Source of the DNA: a virus
Lineage: Duplodnaviria > Caudoviricetes
Strand: one strand, 5' to 3'
Virus record (IMG/VR): IMGVR_UViG_3300036958_000333
Coordinates: 128,001-192,000 of that record
DNA length: 64,000 nt
Shown: piece by piece, positions 39,543 to 49,733 of the stretch
Position numbering within the stretch: the stretch's first letter is position 1
Layout: every line of letters begins with the position of its first letter
Notes under the pieces: generated by a model
Told to the model about the DNA's origin: nothing
Seen by the model: the letters and a program-made list of their open reading frames with translations, nothing else
Database searches by the model: none
Translations under genes and position numbers: made by a program

Positions 39543-40277
39543 TTAATCTATATATTTTATTCCTTTCCAGTTTTCTCCTTTTTTTCCATGATATATATGT
39601 AACGGTACATTATCAAAATATATTATTTTTTCATATAAACCTAATGACTTTAATTGTCCATATATTTTATAATCTATTACATCATATCCTACATGTGATT
39701 TAATTGAATCTAATTTAATTGTATCTATTTTATTTAAATAATCTGATTTAAATGTTAAAAACCATCCCATAAAAGGTGATGGATATAATACTTCTCTTTT
39801 TATATTTTCCCACACCCAATATTTATTATTTTTATTATTATTATATAATTTAAAAAATAGATCTATATCATCTTTAGAAATATCTTCTCTATATGACGAT
39901 ATTAATAATTTTTCACTTTCAATAAAATTACATGATGTTTTTAATAAAATATCAGGAGGAAATATAATATCGGCATCAGTTAAAAACAAAAACTGGTTTA
40001 ATCCTATTTTTTTTATTATATTATAACAATAATTTATCATTAATCCTTTATTATTATAATCATTACCAGAATAAGGTATTAAACAGATATTAAAAAATCC
40101 ATTATTAATATAATTATATACTACTCGAGCGGTTTCGTAATCTTTATTACTACTTATTATAATTATTCTGTATAATTCTTTATTATATAACACATTGTTC
40201 CAATAAAATAAAGATGCATTTAAATAATTAGAATAATAATTGCAAACAATTAATATATCAAAAGTTTTGTATTTCAT
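39543..40277 (-). CDS. GT2-like glycosyltransferase
   Basis: NKG..IN, FLFLTDADIIF (DxD), GY...D, LHIYH. Confidence 0.7.
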   Translation of the reverse strand: MKYKTFDILIVCNYYSNYLNASLFYWNNVLYNKELYRIIIISSNKDYETARVVYNYINNGFFNICLIPYSGNDYNNKGLMINYCYNIIKKIGLNQFLFLTDADIIFPPDILLKTSCNFIESEKLLISSYREDISKDDIDLFFKLYNNNKNNKYWVWENIKREVLYPSPFMGWFLTFKSDYLNKIDTIKLDSIKSHVGYDVIDYKIYGQLKSLGLYEKIIYFDNVPLHIYHGKKGENWKGIKYID

Positions 40278-41256
40278 TTATTATATTTCTCACAGTTTTT
40301 TCCCAAGATATTAAATTCGGATAATTTTCAATAAAATCATTTCTTATATTAAACGGAGTATTTTTACTATAATTATTTAAAACATTATTTATTTTATTAA
40401 CAATATTATTCGTGTTCCATAATATAATATTATTAGATTTTAAATAAAAACTTGGAATTTTAGCATCTTCATGTAAAAATATATAATTTCCAGCATATTG
40501 ATTTTCTAATATTGGATATCCAAAACTTTCATTCATACATATAAATATTTTTGATTTATTATATACTTTACATATTCTTCTATAATGAGAAGTTGGACCA
40601 TATAGATTTCCACATTTTTCAAAAACAAATGGGTAATTACCAAATTGTATAAATTGAACGTTACATTTTTTTAATATATCACTATATGCTTTTTTTAAAT
40701 TATAATATATAGGTTCATCCCAATTTATTTTACAAAAATCAACAATTATTCCATTATAATCTGATTTTTCTGGATATATCCAATCAAATTGACCACATCC
40801 TATTTCTATCTCTTTATTATTAATATATTTCTTTTTAATTACAAAAAATTTATCTATTGAGTTAAAATTATTTAATTCTTCTTGATTATTAGATAAAAAC
40901 TTATATTCATTATTAGTTATTTCAAAATCTTTTTTATCATCAAATGGAGCAAATCCAGAATATGAAATTATTTTAGCATTTGTTTTAGATTTAATATCAA
41001 ATAAATTACATTTTGATATTCTTTTTCCTATCCATATAGGGAATATTATAAAATCAAATCCTTTTAATTTTTTTGGATCTATATATAATCTTTCAGGTTC
41101 GTGGATATCTAATCTTACAAAAATTATTTGTATATCTTTAAAAAAATCTATATTTTTAATTGATATATTTCTTATTCCGTTTTTAATTCCTTCTATTAAA
41201 AAAGAAGGGGCATTATTCCATTGTTTTCTTACACATAATACTGCTATTTTTATCAT
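40258..41256 (-). CDS. GT4-like glycosyltransferase
   Basis: Y....IFI...ESFGYPILE...G; ..SWE. Confidence 0.7.
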   Translation of the reverse strand: MIKIAVLCVRKQWNNAPSFLIEGIKNGIRNISIKNIDFFKDIQIIFVRLDIHEPERLYIDPKKLKGFDFIIFPIWIGKRISKCNLFDIKSKTNAKIISYSGFAPFDDKKDFEITNNEYKFLSNNQEELNNFNSIDKFFVIKKKYINNKEIEIGCGQFDWIYPEKSDYNGIIVDFCKINWDEPIYYNLKKAYSDILKKCNVQFIQFGNYPFVFEKCGNLYGPTSHYRRICKVYNKSKIFICMNESFGYPILENQYAGNYIFLHEDAKIPSFYLKSNNIILWNTNNIVNKINNVLNNYSKNTPFNIRNDFIENYPNLISWEKTVRNIINEIQNF

Positions 41257-41744
41257 TTTTCGTTTCTTAAATCAAAAATTTCATTATTAAAAATATCATT
41301 GTTTTTTATTAATTCAGAAATTATAATATCATATTTTTTCATAATTTCAATAAATTCATCATATAATAATTTGTCACATGACTTAAATGTAATTGAAAAT
41401 CTTTTTAATATACTTTCTAAAGATTTTTTCTCGTTTATTAATTCAGATATTAAATATAATATTCTTTTTTCTCTAATTAAATTTTTATAATTTTTTTTAT
41501 TATTTAAATTCATTTTTTTTATTTTATTTTTTCTATTTTCAACTATTTCGATATATGGTCCGATTTCTGAATTGTATTCTGAATTATTAAATGTACAAAT
41601 AAATTCAGGACTTTCTATTATTATTTTTAATAATTCTATCTTATTAATGTTTAATTTTTCTGAAATATATTGTAAACTTTTATATTCTGTTTTTTCAGAT
41701 ATAACTATTTCTTTTATTTGTTTTATAATTTGTTTATTGTTCAT
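41253..41744 (-). CDS. hypothetical protein
   Basis: operon context, 163 aa. Confidence 0.65.
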   Translation of the reverse strand: MNNKQIIKQIKEIVISEKTEYKSLQYISEKLNINKIELLKIIIESPEFICTFNNSEYNSEIGPYIEIVENRKNKIKKMNLNNKKNYKNLIREKRILYLISELINEKKSLESILKRFSITFKSCDKLLYDEFIEIMKKYDIIISELIKNNDIFNNEIFDLRNEK

Positions 41745-42756
41745 GATTTTCTAATACCTCTAGTATATAATTTACTAAAACTCTTGGATTATAATACTCA
41801 TCAAAAAACTCTTTTCCATTTTTAGCAATTTCTTTTCTTTCTTCTTTATTAATTAAATAATACATAATTTTTTCTTTTAAATCGCTTTCGTTATTAAAAA
41901 ATACACAATGCTTTTTATCTTCTGGTTCTATATATGCAAATTTATTCTCTGTTTTTTGAACTAATAAAAATCCACCTAAATATAATATTTCAAATTGTCT
42001 AAAACAATTTCCTCCATTTCCTCTAAGAGATATATTAATTTTACTAGACTTTAATAAATTAATATATTCAATCATATTAAATTCTCTACATTTAATATTA
42101 TCCGGGAAAGCTACATTAAAACTTAAATCTTTTCTATTATATAATCCTCCAAAAAAATTAATATCTGGCCATTGTTTTAACATACTAATATATTTTATTC
42201 TGTCTTTCGGCCAAGCAGATCCAGAAAAATAAACATCTATATTTTCTCTATTTTCTTCACAATGAGTTTTATATAAATCATTATTAATTTTAAATGAAGT
42301 TAATAAACAAAAAGGATAAAGTTTTTTATTTAAATCTGATGATTTTATATTTTTTTGATTTCCCTTAATATTTATGTTTGATATAATCGTATTTTCTTTA
42401 AACTGACTTTTAAAATATATCTCACAATTATTCCAATAATATTCTGGTATAAGAGAACTATCTATAGAATCTATAATAACTCTTTTCGTCTTTGATTTAA
42501 GATGAGAAGAAATAAAAACAAACAATGAAGAATCTGAAAATATAACATAATCATAATAACCATCTTGTAATCTTGTTAATGCTATTGGTTCTGAAACACA
42601 TGAGATTTCTTCCATTTCGCTAAATGGCAAAAAGCTTTCTCTATACCATCTTTTTCCAGTCCAATTAAATTGGTTTGGACCTAATTTTATTGAAAAATAA
42701 TGTATTAAATTTTGAACTGTTGGATTTATATGTTCATTTAAAAGTAAAATTTTCAT
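41734..42756 (-). CDS. CgeB/Glyco_trans_1_2-like glycosyltransferase
   Basis: IDVYFSG, SKINIS, FRQFEI...GGFLL, L.EKI.YYL...EER.EIA.NG. Confidence 0.8.
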   Translation of the reverse strand: MKILLLNEHINPTVQNLIHYFSIKLGPNQFNWTGKRWYRESFLPFSEMEEISCVSEPIALTRLQDGYYDYVIFSDSSLFVFISSHLKSKTKRVIIDSIDSSLIPEYYWNNCEIYFKSQFKENTIISNINIKGNQKNIKSSDLNKKLYPFCLLTSFKINNDLYKTHCEENRENIDVYFSGSAWPKDRIKYISMLKQWPDINFFGGLYNRKDLSFNVAFPDNIKCREFNMIEYINLLKSSKINISLRGNGGNCFRQFEILYLGGFLLVQKTENKFAYIEPEDKKHCVFFNNESDLKEKIMYYLINKEERKEIAKNGKEFFDEYYNPRVLVNYILEVLENHEQ

Positions 42757-42851
42757 TAATATAATTTATTATAGAAAACATTATAAAATAATACAAATAT
42801 ATTATTTATTTGACTTAAAATTTTGATTGATAAATAATTATTATTTAACGT

Positions 42852-43400
42852 TTATGTTTCACCGCTAGATAAATCAGGAGATTGAGAAGAAGGAGCTGGA
42901 GGGGGCATTGATCCTCCTCCAATCCCAAGACCGGCACCTAATTCACCACCTATTCCACCACCTATTCCACCACCCATTCCACCACCCATTCCACCTCTAA
43001 ATAATCCACCTAATGGAGAAGATCCTGGAAATTCACCAAACTGTTGATTATCAGATAATCCTTTTATTCCTTTCATTATTGTTTTCTTTTCTGATAAATC
43101 GACCCAACTAATTGTATTTTTTGATTTTTTAATAGCTTCAACAAATTTTTCACCTAAACCTCCAGGTTTTTTCCAATCATTAATTGAAAAACTAGTCGTT
43201 CCAGATTTATATTTACTTTTATCTAGAAAATGATTGTTTATCCAATTTTTAGCTATTTCTTTATGGTCATCGCTTTGATTAATATCAGGTTTTATTATAA
43301 CAAATTCTCTATCATCTTTTTTATATAAATTTAATGATACCTTTCCTATCTTTAAATTATTTTCTTCTGATTCTAACATGTATTCTTTAAAAGTTTTCAT
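42852..43400 (-). CDS. protein with capsid-targeting-like N-terminus and Gly-rich tail
   Basis: MKTFKEYMLE; GGMGGGMGGGIGGGIGG repeat. Confidence 0.75.
   Translation of the reverse strand: MKTFKEYMLESEENNLKIGKVSLNLYKKDDREFVIIKPDINQSDDHKEIAKNWINNHFLDKSKYKSGTTSFSINDWKKPGGLGEKFVEAIKKSKNTISWVDLSEKKTIMKGIKGLSDNQQFGEFPGSSPLGGLFRGGMGGGMGGGIGGGIGGELGAGLGIGGGSMPPPAPSSQSPDLSSGET
42946..42996. repeat. 12-bp tandem repeat encoding GGG(M/I)
   Basis: CCACC(T/C)ATTCCA x4. Confidence 0.8.
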
Positions 43401-43563
43401 TATTTATTATATATTATCTTAATATTTTTTATTTTATAAAATATTTTCTTATATACATCTTTAAAAAGATTATATTATAAATTATTTATTATAAAAATCA
43501 ATATTAATTTATATCAAAAAACAAAATATTTATTATATATAGTATAAAAAGGAAAATTATATT

Positions 43564-44115
43564 ATGGCGATTTATAAAACAGACGGATCTAATTTTAATT
43601 TACTTGGAAGCATGCAAACATATCCAATAAAACAAGCAGACACAGAATTATTTGATAGACTTGATAGAGAACAAATAAAAATAGGTGGAAGTGAAGTAAT
43701 TTATTATAAATCTTTTTTAGATACAAATTATGATGAGTTATATATGGAAGCTTCTGATATAATAACTTCTCAAGAAGGATATCATATTTATTCTCAATTT
43801 ACTCCAATTAGACCAACTCAGCCGCATACTATTTTTGGAATTGATTCACCAGATGAAATGATATTTAATTTCAATTTAACAGAATGGAAAGAAACAATTG
43901 GAGAATTACCAAAATTAAAAAGTTTAATATATTGTAAATGGGATTTTGGATCTGTATGGGAAATCATTGAAAATAATATTTCTGAACCATATAAAATATG
44001 GAAAAAATATAGACTTCAAGTTGTTACTAAAAAATACCAACCTTCTAGATCAGAAAGACATCCTACCAGAAGAGATTCTGAGGATGTAAGTTTAAATAAA
44101 ATAAACATATATTAA
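43564..44115 (+). CDS. gp14: neck protein (gp14-like)
   Basis: LF..L..EQIKIGG.EV.YY, D.LY.E, FGI...DE..F, P....LI. Confidence 0.75.
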   Translation: MAIYKTDGSNFNLLGSMQTYPIKQADTELFDRLDREQIKIGGSEVIYYKSFLDTNYDELYMEASDIITSQEGYHIYSQFTPIRPTQPHTIFGIDSPDEMIFNFNLTEWKETIGELPKLKSLIYCKWDFGSVWEIIENNISEPYKIWKKYRLQVVTKKYQPSRSERHPTRRDSEDVSLNKINIY

Positions 44116-44270
44116 TATATAATATTTGAATACATTGATTTTAAATATTTATCAATAGCTTTAAATAGTCAAAAATAATAAAGATAATTATTGAAAAACA
44201 ATCATTTTATATTATACAAAATAATAGAAAATTATTAAATATTATTAAAAAAATTATATAAAATATAATA

Positions 44271-45432
44271 TTAAATATTAAAATTTTTAATATTTATTTT
44301 TGCATAATAATTATTATTGATCATTTTTTTATTATATCTTGATAAACATTCATTATATGATTTAAAATTTTTACAATCAAGCGTTGGTAGTGATAAAACT
44401 ATTGGAACATATGGACTATATTTTTAAACAATCTTTTCCAGAATATCCCATTAAAATCAAATCTTTTGGAAACAATACGTCTTGATATACTTTAAATTGT
44501 TTATTTAATATTCCATAAAATTTAATTCCATAACTTTCATCGATATTTAAATTTTTTTCAAAATCAACACGTGTTTCAAGAATTGATATGTTTTCTATGG
44601 ATGTTATTATAAAATTACCATAATTAGTTAAAATATTTTTATATATTATACTAGATATTTCCATTATTTTATGATATAAATAATCAGATTTTTCTTTTAC
44701 TGTTTTCCCATCAACTATCGAAAAATCCAAATCCATTTCTATTCCTGCGTTAAATATAATATCATTAATTATTTGCCTATCTATTTCTGATTTTATTGAA
44801 TATATAAAATCTTTTATAATATTTGATTCTAAAATCAAATTATTATCATGTAAAATTTCTTTATCAATATTTAACATAAAAGGAGTATTAAATTTTTTGG
44901 TATTAACAGATATATTTTCATGTTCTATAGAAACATTTAATGAAAATTCATCTGAATCTTCTTTTGATGTCTTATAATAATATACACTTCCAGTTGGTTG
45001 GGTGGTTGGCTGAATAGATACTATATCATTTATTATTAAATTTTTAAAAATTTCTTTTACTATTGGTAAAGAAATTTTTAAAAATTTTTTACCAATTCCA
45101 TAACAATTATATTCCTTAAAAGATATATCATTATATTTGACTTGATTTTTTAATAAAATATATACCACTTTTCTTGTATGCTCGTCACTTATATCATCTA
45201 ATTTCCAATCAAACTTATAAGGTTTTTTTACTTTTTCTATTATTTTTTGATCAAACATAGGATTATTCTTTTTCAAAGAACATGATCTACAAATATGTTT
45301 ATTATGATTTTTAATAAAATTTTTATTGGCATCTTTCCATTTAATAAAAAATTCTTTACCACATCTATTATAATCACCATTACAATCATATCTAATCTTT
45401 ACTAAAGTATTGTTTTTAAGATTTTCCAACAT
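44271..45432 (-). pseudogene. second gp23/gp24-like capsid paralog with N-terminal Zn-finger-like domain, frameshifted near the 3' end
   Basis: ISLPIV....DIVSIQP..QPTG.VYY, EIDRQII, KVYQD.LFP...ILMGY.G match gp23; the +1 frame continues YSPYVP...SRY.KK...YAKI.I.NF* to 44271. Confidence 0.8.
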
Positions 45433-45522
45433 ACATGTTTTACTCCTTTATAGTTCATATTATATAAAATATTATATTAAAATTATTTATTTTAGTCTTT
45501 CTTATAATAAAAGGAGTAATAA

Positions 45523-46029
45523 ATGAAAACTATTATTATGACAAAAGATCAATTGTTAAAATATTATGAAAATCATGAAAAATTCGATATGATAAAAAAT
45601 GAAATAATAAATTCAAAAAAATTAAAAACACAAGTAAATTTTAATAATATAGAATCTCCAATAATTGGAAGATATAAAATAATATTTATTAATGAAAAAA
45701 ATGATAAAACAAAACATCTATATGAATATGCTAAAAATATATCTAATATAACTATATTTAATGATAAAAATACAAACGTTGCTGATTTTTCATTTAAGTT
45801 ATTTTTTGACGGATCAGGATCTAATACTCTTCAAGAAATTATATTAAAAAAAGATCATTCTGGAGATATAATAATAAAACAAATTAATGAACTAAACCAA
45901 TCATATTTCTTTATAATATTAAAAGATTATAAAATCAATGAAATAAAAATAAGTGAAATAAATAAAGGAATGGTTGATATAATAACATCAATAGAATATA
46001 AAGAAACAATAATTATTAATAACGATTAA
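45523..46029 (+). CDS. hypothetical protein
   Basis: AAGGAG RBS; 168 aa. Confidence 0.7.
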   Translation: MKTIIMTKDQLLKYYENHEKFDMIKNEIINSKKLKTQVNFNNIESPIIGRYKIIFINEKNDKTKHLYEYAKNISNITIFNDKNTNVADFSFKLFFDGSGSNTLQEIILKKDHSGDIIIKQINELNQSYFFIILKDYKINEIKISEINKGMVDIITSIEYKETIIINND

Positions 46030-47876
46030 TTCCATACAAAAACCATATTTCCACAGTCCCATATCCTTCTATAACCATTATTATAAATATTTTCTATCTT
46101 TGTTAAATCTTTGTTAAAATATTTTAATTTATATTTTTTAAATTTATCATTATAATATAATTCTAAATCATTTGGAAGGAAATAATAATAATTGTATTCA
46201 GTATTGTTAATATATTTAAATCCTAAATCATAAAATACATCTCCGTTTCCATATCTTCTGTTTTCATAAGCTATAATCGATTTCGGTTTGTATTTATTAA
46301 TAAAATAATTAAATATCTTGTTATATCCACCAATAATTGAATAATTAATTAAAGAACTATATCTAGACAATTCAAATTGATATTTACAATTAGATCTTGG
46401 AATCCTAAATGACATAACAGAAATTAATTTATTATTATAACATAATCCTATATTTATAATAGAATTAGTATATCCATATAAATGATTATTATTATAAAAA
46501 TCATTACAGTTTTTTATTTCTACAATATTACAATATTTGGAATTTATACATATATTTTTTCCAATTTTATCATTAATAATTGATTTCCATATATTCTTTT
46601 TTATATCATTTATCCATTCATTTTCAAATATATGAAATAATTGTATTCCTTTTAAATTACACATATCAGTTTTTATTGCATGCTTGTTTTTTAAATTACT
46701 ATCTGAATAAACATTATTAGAAGAATGCCAATATAAACCATTAAATTCAATTGCTAATTTATAATCTGGTAAATATATATCTAATTCGTTTGGATATATT
46801 ATCTTTCTATCATTAAAGATAATATTTTTAATTTTAATAAATTCTCTTATTTCTTTTTCATAAGATGATATACAATTTTCATATCTTATTGGAATTTCTA
46901 GCCTATGTAAATAACTAAGAACAGTCGTATAATAAACATTTAATTGTTTGGCTATTTCTTTGGACGTCTTATTATTATTTATATATTCTTTATATAACCA
47001 TTCTTTGTTTTGCAATAACGCGAGACTTTTATCACTTATATGTTTTTGATTGTAATTTGTTTTTCCATATTTTATTAAACATGTTTGTTTTCCTTTTTGA
47101 CGAATATAACTAGAACACAACGAGCTGTTTCCACCATATTTGATTTTACAAGTATTTTGTGTTTTTTGTTTAATATTATCTGATTTTTGTGGATTATCAC
47201 AGCCATATTTCTTTATATTAGTATTTTTAATTTTATTTTTAATTTTTGTAGAAGAAAAAACATTCTGTGCGCCATATTTTTTTAAATTAGTTTTTTTTAT
47301 TTTTTCTTGAATACACTTGGATCCAAAAGGAGAACTAGACTTATACTTTTCTTGAAATACTTTACGAATTTTTAATTGTACATTTGAATCATTAAAACAT
47401 GATATGTTTAATTTAGATAATGAATCAGAAATCTTTTTTTTGATATTAATATTTTGAACAGCATGTTCTACTCCATATTTTTTTAAACAAGTTTGTTTTC
47501 TTTTATTTATACTAGATTGTATTCGATCATTTGTTAATAATGACCAATTATATTTTATTTTTTTAGAAATAACACTTTTAACATTTTTATCTGTATGAGA
47601 ACAATTTCTGCAACAAAATTTTTGATATCCTAGATTAAAAGATAAAAATTTACTATTATTTTGACAATTAATATTATTACATTTTACGTTTTTAGTTAAT
47701 CCATTAATTATACAATATATTCTTTCAGAAATAGAAGCATTATCATTTAAATAACTAGTTAAATCTAAAATTATATTATATTTATCTATATGTTTTTTCT
47801 TAATTATTCTAAATCTATTTGGATCAATATTTTTGTCTTTTCCAATAACATTTTTATATAACCATTTTATAATCAT
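46026..47876 (-). mobile_element. free-standing homing endonuclease-like gene, copy 4
   Basis: SERIYCIIN, GYQKFCC..C, KYG repeats, HTH, ELDIYLPDYKLAIEFNGLYWH, ELSRY, RIWDCG. Confidence 0.82.
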
Positions 47877-47902
47877 AACAAAATAATAAATAAAATATAT
47901 AC

Positions 47903-47910
47903 TCGCTTAA
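47903..47910 (-). promoter_or_regulatory. TTAAGCGA motif (copy 4)
   Basis: 26 nt upstream of the endonuclease ATG, downstream of the gp23 terminator. Confidence 0.5.
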
Positions 47911-47921
47911 TTATATCTACA

Positions 47922-47958
47922 ATAAATAAAAAAGTGGGAAGACTTTCGTCTTCCCACT
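47922..47958 (-). terminator. intrinsic terminator after the major capsid gene
   Basis: AGTGGGAAGAC-GAAA-GTCTTCCCACT followed by a T tract. Confidence 0.9.
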
Positions 47959-47990
47959 AATAAATTCATACAGCGTTGATTTTATTAAAC

Positions 47991-49706
47991 TTATATCACG
48001 AAATTTTGGACGCTGATTCTGGCGTAAAATTTAGCACCCTCTCTCAATAGTTTCTTTCCATATCGGGTTAAAACACCCCTTCGAGGACAGAAACTGTCTG
48101 GATCCAACACAACGGGAGTTTGTGTTAATGGTACATACGGACAATAGAAATATCCACTATCCATATAACTATCACCACGATATCCCATTAGAATAGAACC
48201 ACGAGGGAATAAGGGATCTTTATACACTTTCCAGCGACCATTTACTGTTCCAATATATTGAATTCCTAATGAAGATTCAAAATTATTGGAAGGAGCAGGA
48301 GCAAAACCAGCTGTTGCAGTTTCAAAAATAGATGCAACTTCTGGAGATGTCACAATCCAGTTTGCGCCACCGCGCAATGTTTTTCTATGAATGATATTGG
48401 AAATTTCAACTACTTTAATATACAACGACTCATACTTTTCTTTTATAGTATCGCCAAGAGCCGTTGCAAAGTCCCAAGTAGCAACTGTTCCAGCATTTCT
48501 ACGAAGATCAGTTATAATTTCCCTGTCAATTTCAAGATTGATTTCTTTTGCCAAGACCTGAGTCAATTCAGCCTCAGCATCAATATTGTGCTGAGAACGA
48601 AGATCTTGCTGTGCCTCAAATGACCAAACAGCTTTTAACTTTCTGGTTTTTGCGACTATAGACTCAGATTCAATAACCAAATTAACCTCTGGCATATCAG
48701 CATTGCATTCCATGTCATATTCATAAGTAGAAGTTGTAATAGTTAAAACATCAGCACCAGCACCAGCACTTGTATTTACAAATCCTGTTCCTGTAAAAAC
48801 AATCACTCCAGTTGTTGGATTAAAAGTAACCTCGTTTAGCGTTATATCAGTTGTAATTGCAGTATTTGTAATATCATATTTATACGTTCCATTAGTTAAA
48901 GTTCCATTAACAGATTCGTCAACAGCGGCTAGAGCAGCTGTTGTTCCAACCCATCTAAATACAGATGTAGAAGCAGAACTAATTGAAAAATCAAATGTAA
49001 CTGTTTGATTTTTATCTGTATCTTTACAAGTAAATTTTCCCCATACCATATAAGGAACATTAGTTCCAAATGGAGAGCCATATCCACCAGGAAAACCACC
49101 AGCTGTTGCAGCCGTAACAGCATTATTTGCATTTGCATCAGAAATATCTGCATAAAGTGTTCCATTGTTTAGAATAGGTGTATGGGAAAATACACCTGTT
49201 GCTGTAGTTGTATTAGTAATTACAGTAGATACAGATTCTCCAGCAACTCTTTGATGAGAATACCAAATATCTAAGTTGGCATCACCATCTGTTTGCTGTT
49301 GCATAGTAATGCTTTCAGCACCAGCTGTTCCAACAGGCTGGTCTTTATTAGTTTGACCAAGAGTAGTTCCTTTATCTGTTCCATAGCGAAATCTTAAGTA
49401 ATAAACAAGTCCTGTTGGACCAAGTAAAGGTTGAACCGAAACGATTTTATTAGCTACTAACTGAGGATAAATTCTTCTTACTAGAGGAATAGAAATTCTA
49501 CGGAATTGTGCGACGTCTGAAGTATCAGTTCCGCCAGTAAGAGCCTCGTTAATAGGTATTTGTCTGTTAAGAAGCTCTTGATTTTCTAATAGGACAGATG
49601 TTACTCTTCTGGTATATATATCATCTATACCTTCGAGTAATCCACTTTCATCCCATTTTTCTTCAAGTTTAGTTGCTTCTGCGATTAGAATATTATTAAT
49701 ATCCAT
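47991..49706 (-). CDS. gp23: major capsid protein (gp23-like)
   Basis: LLENQ, PLVRR.YP.L.A..IVSVQP..GPTGL, AKTRKLKA.WS.EAQQDL, EINLEIDREI, YCPYVPL, F.PR.GV.TRYG. Confidence 0.97.
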   Translation of the reverse strand: MDINNILIAEATKLEEKWDESGLLEGIDDIYTRRVTSVLLENQELLNRQIPINEALTGGTDTSDVAQFRRISIPLVRRIYPQLVANKIVSVQPLLGPTGLVYYLRFRYGTDKGTTLGQTNKDQPVGTAGAESITMQQQTDGDANLDIWYSHQRVAGESVSTVITNTTTATGVFSHTPILNNGTLYADISDANANNAVTAATAGGFPGGYGSPFGTNVPYMVWGKFTCKDTDKNQTVTFDFSISSASTSVFRWVGTTAALAAVDESVNGTLTNGTYKYDITNTAITTDITLNEVTFNPTTGVIVFTGTGFVNTSAGAGADVLTITTSTYEYDMECNADMPEVNLVIESESIVAKTRKLKAVWSFEAQQDLRSQHNIDAEAELTQVLAKEINLEIDREIITDLRRNAGTVATWDFATALGDTIKEKYESLYIKVVEISNIIHRKTLRGGANWIVTSPEVASIFETATAGFAPAPSNNFESSLGIQYIGTVNGRWKVYKDPLFPRGSILMGYRGDSYMDSGYFYCPYVPLTQTPVVLDPDSFCPRRGVLTRYGKKLLREGAKFYARISVQNFVI

Positions 49707-49733
49707 ATGTTTTTTACTCCTATATAAAATTTT

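Noticed and set aside
44416..44430. Programmed -1 frameshift at T TTA AAA in the capsid paralog
   Set aside because: The homologous continuation is in the +1 frame; the -1 frame stops within a few codons
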